From a virus, in IMG/VR virus record IMGVR_UViG_3300032298_001311, positions 64,773-128,772 of that record: a stretch of DNA of 64,000 nt; one strand, written 5' to 3'. The translations under genes were made by a program, and so were the position numbers. Every line of letters starts with the position of its first letter. The first letter of the stretch is position 1. The notes below the pieces were generated by a model. That model was not told where the DNA came from and did no database searches. It saw nothing but the letters and a program-made list of their open reading frames with translations. This document shows positions 1 through 7,971 of the stretch, piece by piece.

Positions 1-236
1 TATCCCTCTGGAGTGGTAGCAATTAGTGTTACAGTACCTCCATCCTTTTCAAGTTGTGCTAACTTTGATTCTAGATTCTTACGAGTAATAACGGTCCAAT
101 GTACAGGACGTTGATGTACAGGACGAATCTTTGGAAGTACGAGATCTGGACGATCTTGAACTACTGGCTTAACGGCCATTGTGCTATTACATGCTGCCAA
201 ACCTAATGCGGAAGCAATGATTAGTAATTTTTTCAT
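1..236 (-). CDS. Outer-membrane lipoprotein, o-spanin (Rz1-like); runs off the window edge
   Basis: Not in the ORF track. Manual translation from ATG 236 gives MKKLLIIASALGLAAC-NSTMAVKPVVQDRPDLVLPKIRP...ATTPEG: lipobox LAAC and a Pro-rich segment. ATGA overlap with the upstream i-spanin stop. Confidence 0.7.
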   Translation of the reverse strand, partial: MKKLLIIASALGLAACNSTMAVKPVVQDRPDLVLPKIRPVHQRPVHWTVITRKNLESKLAQLEKDGGTVTLIATTPEG

Positions 237-712
237 TTCTTAACTCCTAGTAGTCTTGGACAAACTGAATTCTTAACTCTACCTGATTTTTCGTCTGCGG
301 TTAAAGGAGAACCTGAAACAATCTCATTACAACGAAGACTATCTTTTGAAGCACGGTTTATAATTTTTTCAAAAGCAGTTGGTTTTTTGTTAGCAATTTT
401 ATTAAGGTTTCTTGCATTACCGCTTTTTGTAGTAGTAAGTTTCTTTTCAAGTTCTTGAGTATCTTTTTCTATTACTTGGACACTATCGGAATATTTTCCT
501 TGAACTTTATTCATTTTAATCACATCATTTTTAAGATTATCCATTGCTACTTTTTGTGAAGTAACAACATCTTCTAATCTTGCGTTCATTGCTTTTACTG
601 CATCTAGACTTGATTCTAAATGTTTTACATAGAACCATGCTGCTACTAACATTAGTATTATAATTACAGCAGCAATAAACTTTGCTTGTATACCACCTAA
701 AAATCCAAACAT
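233..712 (-). CDS. Inner-membrane i-spanin (Rz-like)
   Basis: Single N-terminal TM helix, coiled-coil periplasmic part and C-terminal Cys residues; lies between the endolysin and the lipoprotein. Confidence 0.65.
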   Translation of the reverse strand: MFGFLGGIQAKFIAAVIIILMLVAAWFYVKHLESSLDAVKAMNARLEDVVTSQKVAMDNLKNDVIKMNKVQGKYSDSVQVIEKDTQELEKKLTTTKSGNARNLNKIANKKPTAFEKIINRASKDSLRCNEIVSGSPLTADEKSGRVKNSVCPRLLGVKK

Positions 713-713
713 T

Positions 714-1331
714 TTATGCCTCCAATACGTCTGATATGCGGTTATAAAATGCTACACGTTCGTCGTGGCCGTTCAATCCGCCATTTATTCTTTTTGTAAT
801 TCCTCTTAAATTATCTGCATCTGCAAGTTCGTTAAGTCCTCTTGACTTCCAGAACCATGCTGCTGATATTGCTGCTCCATCGGGGGTCAGCAACCAATCT
901 GGATTGTTAACAATATCAACATCTAACGCATCACCTAGCATCTTATAATTGTCTTTTCCTGTAAGCTGAATAAATCCACGGCCTCTATACTTCCAACCGT
1001 CTCCAGTACGCTCACCACCGTTGCCCATTCTAGCGGCATAAACTACATTAGCAATTCTTTCAGGATGATGATTGTAAGCCCAAACATTTCTACCTCTGAA
1101 GTATTTTGGGAAAACCTGCATAAGGCGTTTAGCACTATAGTTTAGATTTTCTTCTAAAAGGCGTAGTGAACCACTTTCGTGTGCTAAGTTTGCTAAAAAA
1201 GCAGAAATTCTTCGGGGAGTATTGATTTCAAAGTGTTCCATTGCTGCTACTAGCGGCTCGTAATACATTTCAATATCACCGTCGCGAGCAAGCGGAATTG
1301 CTTTGTCAAGTTGCTTTTTAGTAATCTGCAT
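714..1331 (-). CDS. Endolysin, glycoside hydrolase family 19
   Basis: Motifs AHESG and YRGRGFIQLTGKDNY, and TKRINGG.NG..ER. Start refined to ATG 1331, preceded by GGAG. Confidence 0.9.
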   Translation of the reverse strand: MQITKKQLDKAIPLARDGDIEMYYEPLVAAMEHFEINTPRRISAFLANLAHESGSLRLLEENLNYSAKRLMQVFPKYFRGRNVWAYNHHPERIANVVYAARMGNGGERTGDGWKYRGRGFIQLTGKDNYKMLGDALDVDIVNNPDWLLTPDGAAISAAWFWKSRGLNELADADNLRGITKRINGGLNGHDERVAFYNRISDVLEA

Positions 1332-1362
1332 AGCTGTCTCCAATTATGTACAGCTATTTAGT

Positions 1363-2778
1363 TTAATTAGGGTTTAATTTCCAAGTCATAGCAGATCCCC
1401 ATTTATGAGCTTCATCTTTAGGGTCTATAGTTACTTTTCCGCCTACTTTATGAGGCCATGTAGCAGTTGATATTATTTGTGCTCCAGGCTGCATTTTTGG
1501 TTTAGGTGCTGATGTTATTAATACAAAGTTATGTCCTAATATTTCTATCATTCTAGCTGAGAATTGCGGAATTGCTTTGCCGCTATTAACTGCCGGAGCA
1601 ACGAATTTATCCTTCACACAATTTTTTAGTAGATAAAATAAAGGCCACTTTCCGGTAATTGACTTTTGGACTAGATTATATAAATCTTGATATTCGGGTG
1701 GAATTTCTTTTATTTTAGAAGGAACTTTCTTTTGTTTATCACGAAGATAACTTTCAGTCCATGCATAGAATTTATCATCAAACAAATGAACAAATGGTTC
1801 TAGAGCACCTAAAGCACCTGGGCTGTGTTCGGCTATAAACTTAGCAGCTTCAAATGATTGTTTGTATGTTGATGCTTGATTTCGTTTATTAAATTGCTGT
1901 AGAAGTTGTATAAATTGTAGACTTTCGTCATTTTTATAAGTCTTCAACATATATTCAGGAATTTTAATTTCGTTAATACTCGAAGCTGCTCCGGTCCCTT
2001 TTTGACCACCTTTGCTGCTTAAATAGATTCTATTTCCTGTTTTATTATTTGTTAAGGCATAACTGTCGGCTAATGGGTTGTTTGTTGATCCGGGGAAAAT
2101 TAATAACATATCTGCTGGGTTAACGCCTACATGTTGGTAGAACTCATCTCGATTGTTAAAGTTTATAACACCGTCAATTAATGCTTGTACACCTAAGTAT
2201 TCAAAACCATCATTAACGATACTTGAAAGTTGCTTACCCTCTAACCCTAAATTAGTAGGTAGAATAGGAATCTGTTTTTTATGAATTTGAGCAGACATCA
2301 TTTTGATAGCTTTACCGGCGCTTCCTTGAGTACCTAAATGCTCGTTAGACTGTATTTTACTATAAAGATCTTTAGCCTGAAATCCACCGAGATTTAGTGC
2401 TAGTTCTGGAGTTAGATCTTGCTCACCTTCTTTGTCTCCGCCAAAGGGAAAAACCTTTGCAGGCTTTAATTCAAGAGATGTGTCGCCGCTCTTGCTTTTT
2501 CCACCGAAATCTTTATCATTATATTCAATTTCGCCTGTAGAAATAGTTTGTCCATTTTTAGTTTTTACCATAAGAGATTTAGTCATCATCTTAGTCTTGC
2601 CAGTTAAAATTCCTTGTAATCTAGGAATTTCAGCAGGATCTATTTGTATAGGACCGTGTTTAGACTGGAATGTATGATTACCTTTGATTAATTCTAAGAA
2701 TTTTTCAGGTCTTTCCGGACGACTAGTTATTTTACCAATAGTTAACGATGTTTCGTTTAGAAATTCTCTTGCTCTCAT
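1363..2778 (-). CDS. Hypothetical late protein with capsid-targeting-like N-terminus; possible nuclease-like fold
   Basis: Starts MRAREFLNE; GATAAATA lies 7 nt upstream of the ATG; internal DSY...YLSSKGG resembles a degenerate PD-(D/E)XK motif. Confidence 0.45.
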   Translation of the reverse strand: MRAREFLNETSLTIGKITSRPERPEKFLELIKGNHTFQSKHGPIQIDPAEIPRLQGILTGKTKMMTKSLMVKTKNGQTISTGEIEYNDKDFGGKSKSGDTSLELKPAKVFPFGGDKEGEQDLTPELALNLGGFQAKDLYSKIQSNEHLGTQGSAGKAIKMMSAQIHKKQIPILPTNLGLEGKQLSSIVNDGFEYLGVQALIDGVINFNNRDEFYQHVGVNPADMLLIFPGSTNNPLADSYALTNNKTGNRIYLSSKGGQKGTGAASSINEIKIPEYMLKTYKNDESLQFIQLLQQFNKRNQASTYKQSFEAAKFIAEHSPGALGALEPFVHLFDDKFYAWTESYLRDKQKKVPSKIKEIPPEYQDLYNLVQKSITGKWPLFYLLKNCVKDKFVAPAVNSGKAIPQFSARMIEILGHNFVLITSAPKPKMQPGAQIISTATWPHKVGGKVTIDPKDEAHKWGSAMTWKLNPN

Positions 2779-2788
2779 GATGGAGTAT

Positions 2789-3469
2789 TTATCGAATTTC
2801 GGGAAACAGACAATCCTGAATGAATACTCTCACATCTTCTTCGTTAAGACCTAGACTTGCCATAACTTTAGGAGTATGCGGATTTTGTTTCTGATTATCA
2901 CAGTAGAAATTCTGTTCCTCGGCGTTATTATAGGTATTTCCGTTAGTTTCTCCTACACATTCTAAATAATGATTAAGAGTTTTTTGTATAGTAGAAAAAA
3001 TTTGATTTAATTCATCTTCTTTAGAGACATTACCCGCAGCAATCATATGTTCACTAAAGATACGAGTTGCCCAATCTGGTAGATCTCTTTTCTTACGCCA
3101 TTCTAATTTATTAACTTCATGGCCGAACCATTCTATAAGAGGATGATTAGGGTCGTCGGTTTTTGAAAAATCGTGGAAGCAACCTGTTATCTTATTCTTA
3201 CCTGCTACTACATCGTAACCAAAAATAGGAGCAGGATTATCTACATGAGGAAAGATGCAACAATGCATCATCCATAATCCTTTAGAGTTTCTAGCATCTA
3301 CAACATCGATGTGAGCACGACGATATTGTCTACTACCCCAAACTCTATTGATCCACCCAGGCTGATTAAAACGCTCCATGCCTGGCTCTTGTATTTCTAT
3401 ACCTGTTTCGTTTAACTTGTTTATAAAGAAGTCTTGTATCTTTATAAGACGATTCCAAACATCACTCAT
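2789..3469 (-). CDS. pcyX: Ferredoxin-dependent bilin reductase, PcyX type
   Basis: RRAHIDVVD, LWMMHCCIFP (His69), PIFGYDVVAG (Asp86) and YCDNQKQNPHT motifs; directly downstream of a heme oxygenase. Confidence 0.88.
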   Translation of the reverse strand: MSDVWNRLIKIQDFFINKLNETGIEIQEPGMERFNQPGWINRVWGSRQYRRAHIDVVDARNSKGLWMMHCCIFPHVDNPAPIFGYDVVAGKNKITGCFHDFSKTDDPNHPLIEWFGHEVNKLEWRKKRDLPDWATRIFSEHMIAAGNVSKEDELNQIFSTIQKTLNHYLECVGETNGNTYNNAEEQNFYCDNQKQNPHTPKVMASLGLNEEDVRVFIQDCLFPEIR

Positions 3470-4022
3470 CTTTGTACTTCGGTATATCCAGTTCCATAAG
3501 TTGTTGGAATGTTTTTATAGCAAAGTCGAAACATATATTTGCTTCATCTGCTAGTGAGTCATCTATGCGGTTACGAATTTCTTCTTTCAGTTTATCAGGG
3601 TTTTCAAACTGATAGAATTTACCAGATCCGGGAACACGTTTAGCAATCATTTGTCCGCCTGCTAAATCACCCATATGTCTAACATAAATATGAGCCATAA
3701 GCAGTTGAGTATTAGTAGCAGATAAAATCCTGATATGATTTAAATATTCATCAACTACAGGAAGTATAGTAGGTCTTTCTTCTTTAGTCCATAATTCTTG
3801 TAAATCTCTATTGATTGCCGGAGCACGACGAAATTCTTCGGGCATTCCTGAAACTACTCCATATAGCATAGAATGTAGTTCTAAGAACTCATACATAGGA
3901 TGTTGATTAGCGAGAAATGTTGCATAAAAGTCTGGATGAATATTTCCAGAAAACATAATCTTAACAAATTCTTGTCGTTCGGCAGATTTATGCTTATCAG
4001 CAGTAAGTTCTCTTAAACTCAT
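3462..4022 (-). CDS. hemO: Heme oxygenase
   Basis: Proximal His in LRELTADKHKSAE; signature HIYVRHMGDLAGGQMI. Confidence 0.9.
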   Translation of the reverse strand: MSLRELTADKHKSAERQEFVKIMFSGNIHPDFYATFLANQHPMYEFLELHSMLYGVVSGMPEEFRRAPAINRDLQELWTKEERPTILPVVDEYLNHIRILSATNTQLLMAHIYVRHMGDLAGGQMIAKRVPGSGKFYQFENPDKLKEEIRNRIDDSLADEANICFDFAIKTFQQLMELDIPKYKDE

Positions 4023-4321
4023 TGTTTTTCAACTTTGACTTGAAGAGGAAATCCATTATTACGAGCAAGAACTGTGCTTTCTACACCTTTTTGTTCTGCA
4101 ATTTCATATGAATATACACCTGCAATAGCTGACCCTTCTGTATGAACAATTAGCATTATTTGTTGTGATGTTTCTAAATCGTGTTTAAATACTTTTTGTA
4201 GTAAATCAACAACAAATTCCATCGGAGTAACTTCATCATTAATAAAAATAACTTTATAAAATCCAGGCTCTTCTAAATCCTGTTTGATTTTTTCAACTGC
4301 TATAGGTTCTGCAATAGTCAT
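4019..4321 (-). CDS. clpS: N-degron adaptor ClpS
   Basis: YKVIFINDEVTPMEFVVDLL...IMLIVHTEG...AEQK...GFPLQV; start refined to MTIAEP. Confidence 0.9.
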   Translation of the reverse strand: MTIAEPIAVEKIKQDLEEPGFYKVIFINDEVTPMEFVVDLLQKVFKHDLETSQQIMLIVHTEGSAIAGVYSYEIAEQKGVESTVLARNNGFPLQVKVEKQ

Positions 4322-4350
4322 GTAGTTTTTCACCATATAATATTTATTAT

Positions 4351-4379
4351 AGTGTAGGGAACACAATGCTCCCTACACT
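4351..4379. terminator. Hairpin between hsp20 and clpS (10-bp stem)
   Basis: AGTGTAGGGA-N9-TCCCTACACT inverted repeat; no clear U-tract on the minus strand. Confidence 0.4.
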
Positions 4380-4392
4380 TTATATATTACTA

Positions 4393-4812
4393 TCAGTTCT
4401 GGCTGATTGCAATTTTCTTAGGCTTCAATTCTTCAGGAATATGTCTTTTTAGAGTAACAACTAATAGGCCATTTTTGAGATCAGCACCTTCTACTTCAAT
4501 ATGTGTAGCAAGGCGGAAGGTACGTGTAAAGTCACGCATAGCAATTCCCTTGTGAACAAATTCACGGGACTCTTCTTCTTCTTTATTGCCAGTAATTGTA
4601 AGAACGCCGTTCTCAAGAGTAATATCAAGATCCTTCTCTGCAAAGCCTGCTACTGCTACTTCGATCTGAAACTTGTTCTCGTCGACGCTTACAATGTTAT
4701 ATGGGGGGTATGCTGTATTTGTTGAGTTTAGATTGAGTTTATCCATCTCTCTAAATAGGTCTTCAAAACCTACAGCGAAGCGAGTTAGTGGGGCATAATT
4801 TAATGTATTCAT
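4393..4812 (-). CDS. hsp20: Small heat-shock protein (Hsp20/IbpA family)
   Basis: YPPYNI, IEVAVAGF, HKGIAMRDFTRTFRLA and NGLLVVTLKRHIPEELKPKKI motifs; start refined to MNTLNY behind AGGAG. Confidence 0.95.
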   Translation of the reverse strand: MNTLNYAPLTRFAVGFEDLFREMDKLNLNSTNTAYPPYNIVSVDENKFQIEVAVAGFAEKDLDITLENGVLTITGNKEEEESREFVHKGIAMRDFTRTFRLATHIEVEGADLKNGLLVVTLKRHIPEELKPKKIAISQN

Positions 4813-4900
4813 CTTTTTATCTCCTTTATTAAGCAAGATGTTTTTACCTTTCGGTATAGTGAGCGTAGTCCCATTTGGCAACTAAGCTCAACTATTTATA
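4813..4900 (-). promoter_or_regulatory. TATAAATA promoter plus ROSE-type RNA-thermometer 5' UTR of hsp20
   Basis: TATAAATA (4893-4900), a GAGC..GCTC hairpin, a TACC-GAAA-GGTA hairpin, then CTTGCT-TAATAA-AGGAG (4821-4837) pairing UUGCU with the SD. An overlapping TTGACA-N16-TATATT sits at 4900-4927. Confidence 0.7.
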
Positions 4901-4932
4901 ATATAGTTATAAAACTACGTTTGTCAAGAGTA

Positions 4933-6822
4933 TCAGTCCTTAACTTCAGTAAATTCAGCGTCAACAACGTCTGGATTTTCCTTCACTGGTTCTGCTTGTG
5001 CTTGCTGTTCAGCCTGCATAGCAGCATATAGAGGAGCGGCTGCTTCAAAGATCTTCTGCGTTACACCTGTAATCGCTTCCTTATCTTCTCCCTTAACTGT
5101 CTCCTCTGCTTCCTTGAGAACATCATCGAGTTTCTGTCTATCATCGTCAGATATCTTGCTACCGTGTTCTTCAAGTTCCTTACGAATACTAGCAATAGTA
5201 CCATCGGCTTGGTTGCGAGCGTCTATGATCTCCCGTCTCTTGTGGTCCTCTGCCGCATTCTCTTCTGCGTCTTTAATCATCTTTTCAATATCAGCGTCGG
5301 TTAGACCTCCGCTTGCTTGAATAGTGATCTTCTGCTCCTTACCAGTACCCTTATCCTTTGCAGATACATTGAGGATACCGTTTGCGTCTACGTCGAATGT
5401 AACTTCGATTTGAGGAATACCGCGACGTGCCGGAGCGATGCCTTCGAGATTAAAAAGTCCCAGCAACTTATTATACTCGAAAAGCTCTCTTTCACCCTGT
5501 CCAACCTTAATAGTAACTGCTGGTTGATTGTCTTCCGCAGTACTGAAGATCTGACTCTTCTTGGTTGGAATAGTAGTATTCTTATCAATGAGCTTAGTAA
5601 AAACGCCGCCCATTGTCTCGATACCGAGCGATAGTGGGGTCACGTCTAATAATAGAACATCTGTTTTGTCCCCACCCAACACGGCACCTTGAATAGCAGC
5701 GCCTACGGCGACTGCTTCGTCGGGATTTACATCCTTACGTGGATCCTTGCCAAAGAATTCCTTAACAGCTTCTTGGACCATTGGCATTCGAGTTTGCCCG
5801 CCGACTAATATCACGTCGTTGATATCAGAAGCCTTAACACCTGCATCTTTAAGGGCAACTTGACATGGAGCAATAGATCTCTTTACCAAGTCGTCTACAA
5901 GCGACTCAAACTTTGCACGGGTGAGTTTGACCGTCAAATGTTTTGGTCCAGAAGCATCGGCAGTGATATAAGGAAGGTTGACGTCTGTCTGACTTGATGC
6001 AGAAAGTTCTATTTTAGCCTTTTCAGCAGCTTCCTTGAGACGCTGTACAGCCATGACATCCTTCTTAAGATCAATGCCTTGTTCTTTCTTAAATTCTTCT
6101 ACAAGGTAATCTATGATACGTTGATCAAAATCTTCACCGCCTAGGTGAGTATCACCGTTAGTGGAAAGAACTTCAAACTGCTTATCACCGTCGGTGTCGC
6201 TAATTTCGATAATTGAAATATCGAAAGTACCACCACCTAGATCGTATACAGCAATCTTCTGATCTTTCTTTTGCTCTTTATCGCACCCAAACGCAAGAGC
6301 AGCAGCAGTTGGTTCGTTAATGATACGCTTTACCTCAAGTCCAGCAATTTTACCGGCATCCTTTGTAGCCTGTCTTTGGCTATCGTTGAAATAAGCAGGA
6401 ACAGTTATAACCGCCTCTGTTACTTCATGCCCGAGATAGTCTTCAGCAGTCTTCTTCATTTTGCGAAGAACTTCCGCCGATATCTGCTGAGGTGCCATGT
6501 CCTTACCATTAGCATGGATCCATGCATCACCATTCTTTGCTTCCACAATCTTATATGGAGCATTCTTTACTTCCTTTTGAACAGCATCTTCTTTGAACCT
6601 ACGTCCAATGAAACGCTTGGAAGCATAAACTGTATTTGTTGGGTTTGTTACTGCCTGTCGTTTAGCAGGCTGACCTACCATAACTTCTCCGTCGTTGTAC
6701 CCGACAATACTAGGAGTAGTTCTAGCACCTTCTGCATTTTCAATTACTTTGGGGGTTCCATTTTCTAAAACTGCGACGCAGCTATTGGTGGTTCCGAGGT
6801 CAATACCGATTATCTTTGCCAT
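4933..6822 (-). CDS. dnaK: Chaperone DnaK (Hsp70)
   Basis: [47 protein letters not shown] and C-terminal VVDAEFTEV; start refined to MAKII. Confidence 0.99.
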   Translation of the reverse strand: MAKIIGIDLGTTNSCVAVLENGTPKVIENAEGARTTPSIVGYNDGEVMVGQPAKRQAVTNPTNTVYASKRFIGRRFKEDAVQKEVKNAPYKIVEAKNGDAWIHANGKDMAPQQISAEVLRKMKKTAEDYLGHEVTEAVITVPAYFNDSQRQATKDAGKIAGLEVKRIINEPTAAALAFGCDKEQKKDQKIAVYDLGGGTFDISIIEISDTDGDKQFEVLSTNGDTHLGGEDFDQRIIDYLVEEFKKEQGIDLKKDVMAVQRLKEAAEKAKIELSASSQTDVNLPYITADASGPKHLTVKLTRAKFESLVDDLVKRSIAPCQVALKDAGVKASDINDVILVGGQTRMPMVQEAVKEFFGKDPRKDVNPDEAVAVGAAIQGAVLGGDKTDVLLLDVTPLSLGIETMGGVFTKLIDKNTTIPTKKSQIFSTAEDNQPAVTIKVGQGERELFEYNKLLGLFNLEGIAPARRGIPQIEVTFDVDANGILNVSAKDKGTGKEQKITIQASGGLTDADIEKMIKDAEENAAEDHKRREIIDARNQADGTIASIRKELEEHGSKISDDDRQKLDDVLKEAEETVKGEDKEAITGVTQKIFEAAAPLYAAMQAEQQAQAEPVKENPDVVDAEFTEVKD

Positions 6823-6893
6823 TATGTTTTCTCCTTTGATAAGCAAGAAATCAGCTACACTCTACTAGAGCAATGCAGCTGATTTTATTTATA
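6823..6893 (-). promoter_or_regulatory. TATAAATA promoter plus ROSE-type 5' UTR of dnaK
   Basis: TATAAATA (6886-6893), a long hairpin AAATCAGCTGCA...TGTAGCTGATTT, then CTTGCT-TATCAA-AGGAG (6831-6847) 8 nt before the ATG. Confidence 0.65.
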
Positions 6894-6920
6894 TAAGTAT
6901 TAAATTATTAAATTACAAGA

Positions 6921-7079
6921 TTATTTGCTATTAAATTTTGTCTGAATGTCAGTTACTGCTTTAGCAGCATTAATAGTCATTTCATCAAATGTTTTTGTAG
7001 CAACTTCTGGGTTTGAATAATAAAATGCTCCAGCGCCCATACCAACTAAAGCAAGTACTAATACAAATGCTTTTAACAT
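6921..7079 (-). CDS. Small membrane or secreted protein (52 aa)
   Basis: Not in the track. Manual translation: MLKAFVLVLALVGMGAGAFYYSNPEVATKTFDEMTINAAKAVTDIQTKFNSK. Start overlaps the rpsU stop. Confidence 0.6.
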   Translation of the reverse strand: MLKAFVLVLALVGMGAGAFYYSNPEVATKTFDEMTINAAKAVTDIQTKFNSK

Positions 7080-7339
7080 TAGTTTTCCCTTCGCCATTGC
7101 GAGATGCGCTTACGATCTCTGCTAATAGCGGCAGCAAGACGCTTACGCTTCTTTTCGCCTTTAGAGACATAATGCTCTCTCTTACGCAATTCATTAAACC
7201 AGCCCTCATCCTGGAGGCGCTTTTTGAACTTGCGTAGTGCTTTATTTACGTCATTATTTTTAACAAATATCTTGGTACCTTTAAAAAGACGACCAGTATT
7301 GTTATCGTTAATCCAACCAGTTTCGCTGTATATACTCAT
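7079..7339 (-). CDS. rpsU: Ribosomal protein bS21 with N-terminal extension
   Basis: IFVKNNDVNKALRKFKK...ELRKREHYVSKGEKKRKR is a typical S21 core. Confidence 0.85.
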   Translation of the reverse strand: MSIYSETGWINDNNTGRLFKGTKIFVKNNDVNKALRKFKKRLQDEGWFNELRKREHYVSKGEKKRKRLAAAISRDRKRISQWRREN

Positions 7340-7679
7340 TTATTTCATATGTCCTATTTTGATTTATTATTGAGTAATCCAAATTTTGACTATTATAAGT
7401 TACTTTTGGATTAGCTATTAAGTAACTAATATAATTGTATGATATATCTGTTGTATTGTCAACATTAAAATATATAGAATCTGATGTTGATGCTATATTA
7501 AGCAACCAAGTAAGATCAGCATCATTATTATAAACATAGAGAACCATTTCAGTATCGTTTTCTTTTAACCATTCCTGTACAAGATTCTTTTCGTCTGCTG
7601 TAGGATTGATTAAAAAGGTTTTCATTATGTTTCCGTGAAAATAATCGGGAGAAGTTACAATTAATAGTTTATTAGTCAC
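7308..7679 (-). CDS. Hypothetical protein
   Basis: 123-aa ORF co-oriented with and overlapping its neighbours; GTG start. Confidence 0.55.
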   Translation of the reverse strand: MTNKLLIVTSPDYFHGNIMKTFLINPTADEKNLVQEWLKENDTEMVLYVYNNDADLTWLLNIASTSDSIYFNVDNTTDISYNYISYLIANPKVTYNSQNLDYSIINQNRTYEINEYIQRNWLD

Positions 7680-7971
7680 GAGTAATAAAGTCCGCTAACA
7701 TTTGTCTATACTTAGGTGGAATATCGTCGTAATATATTTCCTTTTCTTGTATAGCATCAACGTACTTATATAGCTCTAACCAATCTGGATCAGTTAAATC
7801 TTGATTAGTAAGATCAATATCGGCAAATTTATTAAGTAAATATTCATTATAGAGAACATCTAAAGGTTTAAATATTTGTAATTTTTGATTAATTCTCTCT
7901 TTAAAATTTTCTAGTTCTTCTGTACTCTTCTTTGATTTGTTCCGTCTTTCATCATGACGTATTCTTTTTTT
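7672..7971 (-). other. Start-less 99-codon open frame beginning at an A9 run; candidate -1 frameshift extension of the 456-aa gene
   Basis: Manual translation KKRIRHDERRNKSKKSTEELENFKERINQKLQIFKPLDVLYNEYLLNKF...MLADFITRD*. No in-frame ATG/GTG/TTG except an ATG 9 codons from the end. The stop overlaps the next gene start. Confidence 0.5.

Noticed and set aside
6985-7237. ORFs 6985-7209 (-) and 7013-7237 (+)
   Set aside because: They overlap rpsU and the 52-aa gene in other frames; shadow ORFs.
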